DNA from: a virus
Strand: one strand, 5' to 3'
DNA length: 64,000 bases
IMG/VR virus record: IMGVR_UViG_3300022539_000610
Coordinates: 50,032 to 114,031 of that record
Below are positions 9,896 through 19,822 of the stretch, in pieces. Within the stretch, counting starts at the first letter, position 1, and the number at the start of each line of letters is the position of its first letter. The notes below the pieces were generated by a model. The model ran no database searches and was not told the DNA's origin. It saw nothing but the letters and a program-made list of their open reading frames with translations. The position numbers and the translations under genes are program-made.

Positions 9896-10927
9896 CTAAA
9901 CCTTTCCTGTAATCAATTTCATAATGGTATCAAACTTCTCCGCAAAGACCTTATTGTCCCAGGCATTAACTAAAGTAGTAAAAGCCTGATTAGTAATATG
10001 ATGATATTCCTTGTAATTAGTAACTACTTCTATGAGGGTGGATTCTAAATCACCCCAATCCCACTTAACAGGAACGTATGTCTTCCATGGTTGATAAATG
10101 TCAGGCCAAGTCTCCAGATGTGACATATCTGGTTTAACAAGAATTGCTCCTTGTGAAATTGCTTCGAAGTCACGAAAAGAAATTTCTCCTAAACCCCAAG
10201 GACTCAAACAAACCTTTGAACGTGACATCTTCTCATGGTAGTCTGAACCACGGCACTTTCCAGAGACAGTGAAATTGTTCCTTTGTACAATCTCATCTAA
10301 AATAGTCTCACAGGAGGCACGATGAAAGGCATAATGATCATCTATCTTTCCTAAGTTCTCGCGCTCAACTTTCGTTGAGTGCTTCGTCTTAATACTAAAA
10401 TGAATGTCAATGTCACGAGCCTTCTTCCGGTCAGACTTAGTTCGGATGTCAACCCCTTCTCGTTCCATCAAACCAAGATTCCACCCCAGATGAACTTTAC
10501 TCAATACTTGATCATCTACATTATGATCTACTTCAGTAGTATTAGCCAACTGAGGACTCAACTTACTCAATTGAAAATAGTGCCATCGTGACCTTGGATA
10601 CTTTGTCTTATAAAGATTTCTATCGATTAGGAGTTGCTTCTTAACATAACCAATAATTTTTTCAGGGTACTGCTTCACAAGCCGCATTTTAGCCGTTCCA
10701 GTACTGGCCGCATCGTCAAAAAAAACAATAGGTTTACCCAATTCTAAAAACCAATCAAAATCGATCTCCTTCTTAATACCAGTCATCTGAATGAAAATAT
10801 AGTCAGCACTATCTGGAGTTTGTATAAACTCATATCCCAACTGCTTGAGTTCCTTAGAGGCTCGGTAAATGGGATGTATCTGCCCTCTCGCAATCTTTCT
10901 AGAACACGCTGCAATATATATCTTCAT
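9896..10927 (-). CDS. glycosyltransferase (GT-B C-terminal domain)
   Basis: YHEKMSRSKVCLSPWGLGEISFRDFEAISQGAILVKPD. Confidence 0.8.
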   Translation of the reverse strand: MKIYIAACSRKIARGQIHPIYRASKELKQLGYEFIQTPDSADYIFIQMTGIKKEIDFDWFLELGKPIVFFDDAASTGTAKMRLVKQYPEKIIGYVKKQLLIDRNLYKTKYPRSRWHYFQLSKLSPQLANTTEVDHNVDDQVLSKVHLGWNLGLMEREGVDIRTKSDRKKARDIDIHFSIKTKHSTKVERENLGKIDDHYAFHRASCETILDEIVQRNNFTVSGKCRGSDYHEKMSRSKVCLSPWGLGEISFRDFEAISQGAILVKPDMSHLETWPDIYQPWKTYVPVKWDWGDLESTLIEVVTNYKEYHHITNQAFTTLVNAWDNKVFAEKFDTIMKLITGKV

Positions 10928-11574
10928 CTTTTCACCATAAATCCAAAGTTAGAAACCTTAAGCCAAACAGCAAACTCTGATTTCTCAAAATCTGTCAGCC
11001 CCTTGTCATCCATTCTATACTTAGATGCAACAAAGTCTAAGAAGGAAGTATTATAATCCACATCATGCGAACACAGCACCCCACCTTTATTAAGTTTAGA
11101 CCAAAATGTTTCAAACTCCCACAACTGATGGCCGCGTCTATGTGTCGAATCATGTAAGAAAAGATCAAGTTTTAGTCTCTTAAACTCATCAGACTCAATA
11201 TAGTCCTGTATCGATATGTGCATTTGACGACACCATTTCCTGAGATGCTTTGGAATTAAATCCCCTGTTTTCTTATTGTCACGCTCAATTGTAATTAATA
11301 ATGGTGGAGCATTATCATTAGCTTGGACATTCTTTGATAATGCCTCTAAAATGAAACTAGAGGATTTCCCCAGCCCGGTACCAGTTTCTAAGCAAACTTG
11401 AGGCTTGAAGAATCTCACTACAGCATAAAGCATAAAGCAATCATCACTCCCCATCAAACCTTTGGGATCTTCTATCCTTGTTGAAAGATCTTGAAAAAAC
11501 CCACTCCCTTTTACTTCCTGCATATAATCATAAAGTTCTTGCCACTTTATCCTAATTCTGCCTAACGCACCCAT
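10924..11574 (-). CDS. class I SAM methyltransferase (Methyltransf_24-like)
   Basis: LETGTGLGKSS, LDLFLHDSTH, LNKGGVLCSHD. Confidence 0.85.
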   Translation of the reverse strand: MGALGRIRIKWQELYDYMQEVKGSGFFQDLSTRIEDPKGLMGSDDCFMLYAVVRFFKPQVCLETGTGLGKSSSFILEALSKNVQANDNAPPLLITIERDNKKTGDLIPKHLRKWCRQMHISIQDYIESDEFKRLKLDLFLHDSTHRRGHQLWEFETFWSKLNKGGVLCSHDVDYNTSFLDFVASKYRMDDKGLTDFEKSEFAVWLKVSNFGFMVKR

Positions 11575-12454
11575 TTGCCCTTCCCCCTTGTGTTAGATAG
11601 ACAGTAAACAAAACATGTAACTCCGCACTATGAAAAGTATAAGAATCAAGGAAATCTTTCAACTCATTAAGAATAACAGAGATTTCAAGTTGAGTCAGTT
11701 TCTTTTTCCATAAATTTACAGATTCAACATATATACCTTCTTTAGATTCTAATTCTTGATATGAAGTATAAGGACTACTGATCTCCTCCAACATTCCAGA
11801 AACTACTTCCTTACTACTATCAACCTTCAACTTCCTGAGAATAACCTTTAAGGTCGCCATAGGATGGGTAACAAGCTCTTCATAAGAGACGATACCTACT
11901 GTACTATCTGCAGAGCTTTCTACATCTATTATTTGTAAGGATTGAAAGAATCGACGAAGCAGTTGACTAACATAAGCGGCTGTCTTCTCTAACTGTTGTA
12001 ACCTAATATTTTCCTCTATACTTACCCATGCATCTCCCACATTACTCCAGTATTTTCTAGAAGCACATACAGCAAAAGGATTCCTCATCATATAAATAAA
12101 TCTACCACTTAACTCCTGATCATCGTAAGGAAAAGCCAATTTGTATAATTTAAGATCATGTTCACCTTTAGGAGTCTTATGAAGTCTAACAACGCACTCA
12201 CTATCTTCAAAATGGGAAAGAATAGCCTGTCTGACAACCATAGAATTGGAACAATCCTTATGTCCAATCTTTTCCCAGAAGCTATCTACCTTCCACTCCA
12301 TAAATTTTTTGATTTGCTTTATATCATACTTTCCATGAATAATACGCATAAGATCAAAATCATTAGGGGTAACATCTATCTCCGGATGAGCTCCGAGTAA
12401 CCTCTGAAGTAGAGTTGTACCTGTTCTCTGTTCACCAAAAATAAAAACGTTCAT
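11552..12454 (-). CDS. sulfotransferase family protein
   Basis: FIFGEQRTGTTLLQRLLGAHP, KTP, MRNPFAVCAS, YEELVTHP; likely start MNVFIF. Confidence 0.88.
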   Translation of the reverse strand: MNVFIFGEQRTGTTLLQRLLGAHPEIDVTPNDFDLMRIIHGKYDIKQIKKFMEWKVDSFWEKIGHKDCSNSMVVRQAILSHFEDSECVVRLHKTPKGEHDLKLYKLAFPYDDQELSGRFIYMMRNPFAVCASRKYWSNVGDAWVSIEENIRLQQLEKTAAYVSQLLRRFFQSLQIIDVESSADSTVGIVSYEELVTHPMATLKVILRKLKVDSSKEVVSGMLEEISSPYTSYQELESKEGIYVESVNLWKKKLTQLEISVILNELKDFLDSYTFHSAELHVLFTVYLTQGGRANGCVRQN

Positions 12455-13422
12455 ATCACACCCTCGATCCACTTATACCAGTAAGGAACTACATTATCCC
12501 ATGAGAAGTCTTCCACTATTTCTCTACATCTTCGTTTCATCTTTAAAAGGAGATCAGGATGTCTATTTAAAAAGTCGATAGCATCTACCAACGCAGGCAC
12601 TGTCCGGTCAATAATGAGTCCGTTGTAATTGTGTACAACAAGCTCATTGATGGCTCCGCAATCTGTACTCACAATAGCACATCCACTCGCCATTGCTTCA
12701 AGTACAGAACGACAGCTTCCTTCTTCACGCGAAAGGCACAAATATGAGTCAATTCCTTTATAGAACTCAGGCATCTGTTCATAATGTCTATACGTTCTGC
12801 CCCTTGTTCCTGTTTTTCTTTCTAATCTGAAATCACACAAAGCTTGCACCAAAGTGACTTTGTTTACCCTTTTCAATGCCTGTTCAATAATACTCCTATT
12901 TCCCTTCTTCTGATCAGTATCTCTTCCAGCATATCCACAGACCAACGCTCCATCAGTAATTTGTGCATAGTTAGGAGTGAATAAATCAATAGGTACAGCA
13001 TTAGGTGTATAAGCAACATGGCTAAGCCCACATGCTCGAAATAGGAGCTGAAGGCGATAAGAGACAGCACTCACACCTCTAAACTGTTTTAGGTAGGTAA
13101 TTGTTTCTTTATTAGGCTTGACTTGATTGGTGGGGGTTGTTTCTAAGTTATCCCAACTTTCATGGCTGGCGATGGAGACAAGTGTTTTGGCAGGATCTAC
13201 ACCATAACGTTTATGGCAATGGTTGAAGGTTTGAAAACCAAGGAAAAGATACAGATCACACTGTTCAAACAAAGGAGCAACCTGTTTAGGGTCCTCTTTT
13301 CCTCCTATAATCTCAAAGGAAAGGAGTCTCCCTTTATACTTGTTTGCTATTTGGGTTGCTTTCGTTTCATATGCCCATCCCCTCCTATCAAGGACAAGAA
13401 GGACTTTCACAGGAGTATTCAA
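12451..13422 (-). CDS. glycosyltransferase family 4
   Basis: PNAVPIDLF, KKG, EEGSCRSVLEAMASGCAIVSTDCG (Ex7E motif). Confidence 0.92.
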   Translation of the reverse strand: MNTPVKVLLVLDRRGWAYETKATQIANKYKGRLLSFEIIGGKEDPKQVAPLFEQCDLYLFLGFQTFNHCHKRYGVDPAKTLVSIASHESWDNLETTPTNQVKPNKETITYLKQFRGVSAVSYRLQLLFRACGLSHVAYTPNAVPIDLFTPNYAQITDGALVCGYAGRDTDQKKGNRSIIEQALKRVNKVTLVQALCDFRLERKTGTRGRTYRHYEQMPEFYKGIDSYLCLSREEGSCRSVLEAMASGCAIVSTDCGAINELVVHNYNGLIIDRTVPALVDAIDFLNRHPDLLLKMKRRCREIVEDFSWDNVVPYWYKWIEGVI

Positions 13423-13466
13423 TCGTTTAAACCTCTTTTAGTTTTATCATTCAACTAAATACATGG

Positions 13467-14204
13467 TCATATCGACACTTTGGCAATCTTCCTTACCAGA
13501 CCAACCTTCGGGTATTGACGTACAATATTAATTGCCTTCTGTCGTTTTAAATGAGTATGGAAAATCTTTATCAATGGTAATATCCTGCTCAACTCTTCCG
13601 GACAGGCGTGGAAGTCTAATAATAGGTCAACCCGAAAATTCCAATAATAGGACAATGGGTAAATCCCTACATCATCAAACTTACTTAGAAGTCGTGAAAA
13701 AACAAAACGAGTAGGACCTTGAGAATCTTTTGAGCAAACTGTCTTATACCACCGGGAGAATAATTTTAACGTTTTCTCAGTTTTTCTAACAAACATCACA
13801 CCGTTTTGAAAATGAGAAATAACATTTCCTTTAATTTCTATTTCCTGTCGTGGGGCAAAAGACAGAGCTATCTGACGTTGGCCCCTTATAAAATCAAACC
13901 CTCTAAGTACATTCCCAACCGGCAAGGTGTCATTGTCGAGTATCAAAGTATGTTCATAAGGTGAGTAAGCTAAAGCAAGAATCTTAGAAACCATCCCAGG
14001 TGCCTGGTGTTCCTTACTTAGAGCCTTATAACTGTCAAAGGACTTTGTAATCTCTTTATTTACTCTTTCACCAAAAACAATAGTCTGGGATAAATGGGGA
14101 TGGAAGTGTCTCAATAAACTAGAAGAACGAAGAACCTCAATTTCCATTTGGGCGATTGACTCAGAATTGGTGCCTGTGACAACATACACAACACCGGATG
14201 TCAC
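13467..14204 (-). CDS. GT-A fold glycosyltransferase
   Basis: GVVYVVTG, SPYEHTLILDNDT (DxD), FQNGVMF, YWNFR. Confidence 0.8.
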   Translation of the reverse strand: MTSGVVYVVTGTNSESIAQMEIEVLRSSSLLRHFHPHLSQTIVFGERVNKEITKSFDSYKALSKEHQAPGMVSKILALAYSPYEHTLILDNDTLPVGNVLRGFDFIRGQRQIALSFAPRQEIEIKGNVISHFQNGVMFVRKTEKTLKLFSRWYKTVCSKDSQGPTRFVFSRLLSKFDDVGIYPLSYYWNFRVDLLLDFHACPEELSRILPLIKIFHTHLKRQKAINIVRQYPKVGLVRKIAKVSI

Positions 14205-14755
14205 TTCTTTTCTTCTTCTTCTTTTTTAGGTTGAAGCTGATCACATTTTTCCAGTAAGGTTTTCCTTTGTTCATCTGTGAGCTTTTTATCTCCTTCAATC
14301 TGAGAAACCAAACTAGTTACATTCAGCCCAATCTCCCACTTCTCTGCCTTTTCTAACTTATCCTCATAGTTCCCCTGAGTTTCCTGAATCTCCTTGTAGA
14401 TCTGAGACCTTTGTCGTTCAAACTCAATTGCATCATTGATCTCACTATCATTAACAAGGTTTTTGTCAGTAACTACTTTGAATAAAGCGGCCATCATAAG
14501 TTCCGTTCTACTTAAACGAGATTCTAGTCCTTTAATCATTGCATTTACAGCATTCACCCATCCTAAGATCTCTCTCTTAGGTACAGTAGAATTCATGTCT
14601 TTTTCAAGCTGACGGTTCTTCTTTCCTTGACTTCCTTGCTCCCGTTGTTGATTTCGCTGCACCTGCCGTCGCTGCTGCCTGTTCAAAGGAGAAGCAGTAT
14701 GTTGCTGACGCAGGTCTTCCAAATTAATAACATTATTTTTCTTTTTATCATCCAT
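14201..14755 (-). CDS. hypothetical coiled-coil protein
   Basis: Good RBS (AGGAGG), LNRQQRR motif, helical and charged. Confidence 0.6.
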   Translation of the reverse strand: MDDKKKNNVINLEDLRQQHTASPLNRQQRRQVQRNQQREQGSQGKKNRQLEKDMNSTVPKREILGWVNAVNAMIKGLESRLSRTELMMAALFKVVTDKNLVNDSEINDAIEFERQRSQIYKEIQETQGNYEDKLEKAEKWEIGLNVTSLVSQIEGDKKLTDEQRKTLLEKCDQLQPKKEEEEKK

Positions 14756-14771
14756 CTTTTACCTCCTTCCT

Positions 14772-14841
14772 GTATAAAGGTATACCCTAATGGGAGATCA
14801 TTGAAATTAGACGGTGTTTTACTAATCTGAGGGGGTTTTAA
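14772..14841 (-). repeat. dispersed intergenic element, copy 1 (inverted relative to copies 2 and 3)
   Basis: Reverse complement reads TTAAAACCCCCTCAGATTAGTAAAACACCGTCTAATTTCAATGATCTCCCATTAGGGTA, matching 36335 and 57257. Confidence 0.85.
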
Positions 14842-14882
14842 TAGGTAGGTCTCACCCCAGTCCTCAATTGTATTATAATGAC

Positions 14883-15923
14883 TTAGTTCACTGATCTTGA
14901 AACTTCATACCAGCCCACCCCAGTTATGTATATTAACTTCATGGTGTCATCAGCAGTAGCGTTAAAATTTGCACCCCCCTGTAAGAATAAATTAGCATTA
15001 TCTTGAATCATTGTAACGTTGTCCCCAAAAACAATAGTAACTTCTTTCCCATCATCTGCTCCAGGGAAGTTCGTTATCACAGTAGCCCCAGTATTAGCTG
15101 TTAACCAAGTTCTATACCCAGCCACAGATGGGGTTGTCTCTCCATCAACAAAAATACCATGTCCAGTCCCCAATCCAACCCAAGTAGGCTCAGTTCTAAG
15201 ATCAGTAGTATTTCCTACTGTTATATTGTTGTTACCAGCAGGTCGAACTACTGTACATATCGGCATACCATAGACCTTTCCATCAACAATGGAGTAGCTC
15301 AAATCATCTGTGTCTGCTATATAAACCTGATCAGTTGCATCGTAAACGAAATTGAAAGTTCCAACCGTTGTTCTTGATCCCTGAGCAAAAACAGTTAAAG
15401 CATCAACTTGTACTGCATCCTCTGTCACCCTCGTCCTGTATCTAATCTGAATTCTGCGGGTACACTCAAATCCAACTGCAGGGTCCACTATGTCATTGGT
15501 AGGGTTAGTTCCATAATAATCCTCATTCCCATACATGTAGATCGTACCATTCTCATCTACCTCCTCCAACCAAATTTCAACCCAGACCAAATCGTTCCTT
15601 CCAACACCAGGATCAGCATCAGTGAATGTAATTAGGTTATCTGCGTTGTTAACACCATCCCACACACAACTAAACCCATTAGCGATGAGTTCACTTGCAT
15701 TGATTTCTACAACATTCACTCCGTGGTCATGAAAGCCCCCAGCCACAATCCATCCACTGGTAGAGATTGCCCCCATGAGTTTCTGAAGTCTGTCAGCAGA
15801 AATCCGCTGTTGTAAGTTAATATCCTGATCAAGGATAGGAACACCTGACATGATCGTAGCACCATAGAAGTTCCTATTCTCAGTAGGTAGAGCGAATGGT
15901 ATGTTACCTCTTGAATATGACAT
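14883..15923 (-). CDS. baseplate-distal / tail fibre-like structural protein
   Basis: N-terminal RNFYGATIMSGVPILDQDINLQQ and RNDLVWVEIW...RRIQIRY as in phage fibre-attachment proteins; beta-rich C-terminus. Confidence 0.65.
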   Translation of the reverse strand: MSYSRGNIPFALPTENRNFYGATIMSGVPILDQDINLQQRISADRLQKLMGAISTSGWIVAGGFHDHGVNVVEINASELIANGFSCVWDGVNNADNLITFTDADPGVGRNDLVWVEIWLEEVDENGTIYMYGNEDYYGTNPTNDIVDPAVGFECTRRIQIRYRTRVTEDAVQVDALTVFAQGSRTTVGTFNFVYDATDQVYIADTDDLSYSIVDGKVYGMPICTVVRPAGNNNITVGNTTDLRTEPTWVGLGTGHGIFVDGETTPSVAGYRTWLTANTGATVITNFPGADDGKEVTIVFGDNVTMIQDNANLFLQGGANFNATADDTMKLIYITGVGWYEVSRSVN

Positions 15924-15951
15924 TTATCTTACTCCCAAAATTAAGTTAAAA

Positions 15952-16557
15952 TTACAAAGTCAACCACAAGGTTCGGGTTAGAACCAATGTGTCTACACCA
16001 ATATTCAAACCAATAACTGCATGGGCTCTGTGGTTAACCATAACGCCCGAGTTAATGGCCACAGAAGCATTCGCTCCATAAAGTCCAAACTCCCTAAGAT
16101 ACCCTGAAACAGCTGCCCCGAACGTTGCTGTCACCTCCAACTTTCCCGTTACAGTAGTAGTAACATTGTCATAGGCATCTAAATAATTTAAACCCGCAAC
16201 CACGCGAGTTATCTCATTATATAGTGCTGTCAAGCTTGAAACCGATTTTGCTTGTCTCTGGGTGGTTGTTAGTGAGTCCCAAGACACCCCTTCACCTTGC
16301 CCTACGGCCCAGTAAGTGATTCCAGCATACCCACCTTCTCCACTCAAAAGACCGGCAATCAGTTTTGAAAAGTCTGAAACAATTATATTCTTGCCATGAA
16401 AAACCTGTTGTTCTCCTGTTCGTATATTGGTAAGGATATCTAAATACTCACCTTCTACTGCTCCTTGATATCTCTCTTTACCGCTACTAGTTGGTGGAGA
16501 TAATCGCTTCAGTTCTCTTGCTTCGTTTCTTAAATCAATAACTTCTTTTCTATTCAT
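15952..16557 (-). CDS. baseplate / tail-fibre-associated structural protein
   Basis: KNIIV...ITYWAVGQG...LYNEITR...LREFGLY pattern; follows the wedge genes. Confidence 0.65.
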   Translation of the reverse strand: MNRKEVIDLRNEARELKRLSPPTSSGKERYQGAVEGEYLDILTNIRTGEQQVFHGKNIIVSDFSKLIAGLLSGEGGYAGITYWAVGQGEGVSWDSLTTTQRQAKSVSSLTALYNEITRVVAGLNYLDAYDNVTTTVTGKLEVTATFGAAVSGYLREFGLYGANASVAINSGVMVNHRAHAVIGLNIGVDTLVLTRTLWLTL

Positions 16558-17969
16558 TAGTAATCTCCCAGGAGTTTCGAGTAAAAATTACTCCATCTGT
16601 TGTCTTCATGAGGGAAAATTTCAGTCCTGTATGGTACACTGTCACCAGGGTGATAGTATTTCACAGTATCGTCAAAGGGGACATCAACAACAGCCATCCC
16701 GGCAAACTCCGTCCAAGTTGCCCTAAATGGCGTCCCATGTTCAATACAATTTGTGTAGCTTGGATTATCATTCGTGTAGAAGAGGATGTCTAAAACTTTA
16801 TCGTCCTCATCAGGAAATGTTATTGTCCCTACGACATCTTCCTCTGCCACTTCTGATGCTATAAGATATTCCTCTGCGTAATATAGAATCCAGAAAAGAT
16901 TTGCCTCCACTCCAAACAACAGGTAACGTTCCATATTCCAAGCTAACTTAGCTGCTAAAACATCACGGAATGATGAGTTGAACCATAGCCAAAGATCAAC
17001 TTCATCAGAAATTTGAAGGTACAAACTGATCTTTTTCTTTTCTAAACAAGTACCTCCATGAATTCCATATGCCTCTCCCATACATGTTTCGATCTGATCT
17101 GTTGCTCCTGACCAAGTATTGGTTTTACAATACAACAAGTTGCCTGGAGCCACATTGTCAGGGTAACTATCACCCCAAACATTAGTTCTAAAAACATCCT
17201 TCCAATGCTCCCTTATACACACTCGGAACCCCGTGAGGGTAGTAATCATCTCAGATAAATTCGACATACTACCCTTGCGTTTGTATAAGGAAGTACCAGC
17301 TGCTATCTCTCTTCTGGAAAACTCCTCTGGAATATCATAATTAAATTTTACTCCAACAATGTCAGATAGAAATGGGAGAATAGGATAAGGGCAAACATAA
17401 GGGTCTAACCAATTAAGGCATGATTCAAGTAAGTACCTAAATTCTGACATTACACAATCTATAGCTTGAAGATAATTGCGGTACTTAGTTGCAGAAGCTG
17501 GAGATAACTCCTTAGACCGTATGGACTCCTTATATACCAGTGGGTGGATCAACCAGAGAAACTCAAGGCAATCACATAACTCATACGCCGGCTTTAGTGG
17601 AATACCATTGATATCACGCGTCAAAGTCGTTTCAGTGTAGTAAATTCCAACACCAGGATAGGCGTAGATTTCTAACCTTTCACCTGTTGAGATCGCCACA
17701 GGTGTTCCAGCAGGGGACCCTGGAGAACCCACTGAACCTGGAGAACCTACTGAACCTACTGATCCTGGAGAAGCTACCCCATTTGATTCTTCAGAAGGAG
17801 CGTATAGTTTAAACCAAGGCATCCAACCAACGTACAAGAGACGACCCTGAGAATCAGTTTTTTGGCAAAGCACAGACTCAGGTAACAGGTCAATAATCGA
17901 CCTGACACTACCATAAAGAATGAAAGTTCTTGGATAGACAACATATTCACTGGGAGGAGTAACAGTCAT
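16557..17969 (-). CDS. baseplate wedge protein (P2 gpI / T4 gp7-like)
   Basis: LDPYVCPYPILPFLSDIVG...RREIA...LYKRKGS; follows the gpJ-like gene. Confidence 0.75.
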   Translation of the reverse strand: MTVTPPSEYVVYPRTFILYGSVRSIIDLLPESVLCQKTDSQGRLLYVGWMPWFKLYAPSEESNGVASPGSVGSVGSPGSVGSPGSPAGTPVAISTGERLEIYAYPGVGIYYTETTLTRDINGIPLKPAYELCDCLEFLWLIHPLVYKESIRSKELSPASATKYRNYLQAIDCVMSEFRYLLESCLNWLDPYVCPYPILPFLSDIVGVKFNYDIPEEFSRREIAAGTSLYKRKGSMSNLSEMITTLTGFRVCIREHWKDVFRTNVWGDSYPDNVAPGNLLYCKTNTWSGATDQIETCMGEAYGIHGGTCLEKKKISLYLQISDEVDLWLWFNSSFRDVLAAKLAWNMERYLLFGVEANLFWILYYAEEYLIASEVAEEDVVGTITFPDEDDKVLDILFYTNDNPSYTNCIEHGTPFRATWTEFAGMAVVDVPFDDTVKYYHPGDSVPYRTEIFPHEDNRWSNFYSKLLGDY

Positions 17970-19405
17970 TAAGTTGCCTCAACGTAAGTGATGGTGGCTG
18001 TTCCCTCTACTAAAAACTCATCTGCGTCAACTGTCACATTAGCCGTGGGGACAGTTATATCAACCCACTCAACCCCATCAGCACCCATAATCGTTTGGTA
18101 AATTTCAGCAAGTGTTATTCCCTCTCCAATAGATCGACCGGCATAATCATACATAGCCTGCAATGCTAAGTTAACATTTGCTTGAACAATATTACTCCTC
18201 TGATTTCTGGAGTAATGAACAGTAGCCGTGATGTCCAGAGAAGTAAGTGAACCAGCTTCAACAGACGTAGTGGTGGTGGGGAGTTTATGTTCCTCCACCC
18301 ACTCCTGCACAGCACTAATCAATCCAGCCCCAGGAGTAGCAGGCAACCCATCTGCATCGGTTGCAAGTATGTAAATTGTTATTACATGTTCTGACCAGGT
18401 GTACTTGACAGTAGCAGCAGATTTATACACTGTCCCATAAGTAGCGCTTGAAAAAAAGGAGGAGATTGAGTTAAAATCTTCCTCACTGACAAGACGCTCC
18501 ATTGACCGAACAGATAAGGGAATACTTAATCTGGCTGCATCTAAGGTTTCCTCATCTGAACCTCCCGAAGCAGGACTCTCATTCGTAACACTTAAATCTG
18601 TGACAATAACACCATTGGCGTCAGAGGCTTCATCAACAAGTTCAGTAATTGCCCCTACCCCCACATTCCCTTCCAGACCTCCCCCATGCCGGTAGCTCAT
18701 CTGAATCTGGGCACCAATAGGAGGGACCATTCCAAAATCACCGTTGCCAAAAGTAATAACTAACTCATACTTCTCATTGTACTCACTCGTGTAGCCCTTA
18801 TCCGAAGAAGTTATATCAACTGTACTTTCAAAGCTTGTCCACTCAACTCCATCTATGGTTACAACAAGGCTATCTTTCAAACCACTCTCAGTAGACGTGT
18901 AAGTTTGATTATTTGAACCATCAGAAACTCCTATGATTTCAGTCACTGTGTATCCCTGAGTAGCAGCAGCTTCTTCCTCAGTATCACCCGCGAAGAGGGT
19001 TATTGCAGAGGTAAGTTCAAAAATCACTCCTCCTGATGACTGGGCACGAAACCCCTTCGAGAGCGTGATGTCTGCCATATGAGCAGCTTCCAACTCGAAC
19101 AACAAAGTAACAGAGGAAGCAGTGGAACTACCTAGTTCATAATCGACAAGTTTCCCCAGGAGAAACATTGACTTTCTAATCTGTGTCGTTGAAAGGAACC
19201 ACTGCTTAAAGTTAATATTAACCATATAAGCCAACAAGGACAGTTCCCATCCAACAGCATCAACTAGGACCCTGGCGGCATTATCCTCCAAAAAATCCTG
19301 ATATGTATCTGGTAAGTTGTGCTGGAGATAACTGATTAAGCTATCAACATAACGCTCAAAATCATATGGGACTAATTGCACTGATTGCTGTGTGGTTGTG
19401 GGCAT
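17969..19405 (-). CDS. baseplate wedge protein (T4 gp6 / P2 gpJ-like)
   Basis: YDFERY...YQDFLE, ITFGNGDFGMVP, YRHGGGLEGNVG, ASGGSDEET, RLVSEEDF. Confidence 0.92.
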   Translation of the reverse strand: MPTTTQQSVQLVPYDFERYVDSLISYLQHNLPDTYQDFLEDNAARVLVDAVGWELSLLAYMVNINFKQWFLSTTQIRKSMFLLGKLVDYELGSSTASSVTLLFELEAAHMADITLSKGFRAQSSGGVIFELTSAITLFAGDTEEEAAATQGYTVTEIIGVSDGSNNQTYTSTESGLKDSLVVTIDGVEWTSFESTVDITSSDKGYTSEYNEKYELVITFGNGDFGMVPPIGAQIQMSYRHGGGLEGNVGVGAITELVDEASDANGVIVTDLSVTNESPASGGSDEETLDAARLSIPLSVRSMERLVSEEDFNSISSFFSSATYGTVYKSAATVKYTWSEHVITIYILATDADGLPATPGAGLISAVQEWVEEHKLPTTTTSVEAGSLTSLDITATVHYSRNQRSNIVQANVNLALQAMYDYAGRSIGEGITLAEIYQTIMGADGVEWVDITVPTANVTVDADEFLVEGTATITYVEAT

Positions 19406-19411
19406 AAATTA

Positions 19412-19822
19412 TCATCCTGTTGCAATGGGTATGGTTGTTACTAAAGTACTTGATGGGTTGTTCTTTAATCTGAAGCTGACCGAAACTTCAGCTATATTAT
19501 TATTTTTTCTCACATCTGAAGTCACCAATTTTGCTGATTCAAAAAGGACTCTTGGTTCCCAACGATTGATAGCATCACCAATACAAAACTCTATATCCTG
19601 AGCCAGGAACTGATCATTGGGGTCAAACACTAAATACTTTAATCTACTACCAAAAGTGGGATACATAACTCGTTCACCTATCCCCGTGTTTAGTAACTGA
19701 AGTAAGGCCACTCGTATTAATTCTGCTTCCCCCATGATAGTAGTGGCCTTCCCAGTCTTCACGAGAGGGAACCCACCTCCTTTCCAGTATTCAGCAGTAT
19801 GATATTTTCGTAGTAGTTTCAT
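19412..19822 (-). CDS. baseplate gp25/gpW-like protein
   Basis: LLNTGIGERVMYPTFGSRL...AINRWEPRV. Confidence 0.93.
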   Translation of the reverse strand: MKLLRKYHTAEYWKGGGFPLVKTGKATTIMGEAELIRVALLQLLNTGIGERVMYPTFGSRLKYLVFDPNDQFLAQDIEFCIGDAINRWEPRVLFESAKLVTSDVRKNNNIAEVSVSFRLKNNPSSTLVTTIPIATG

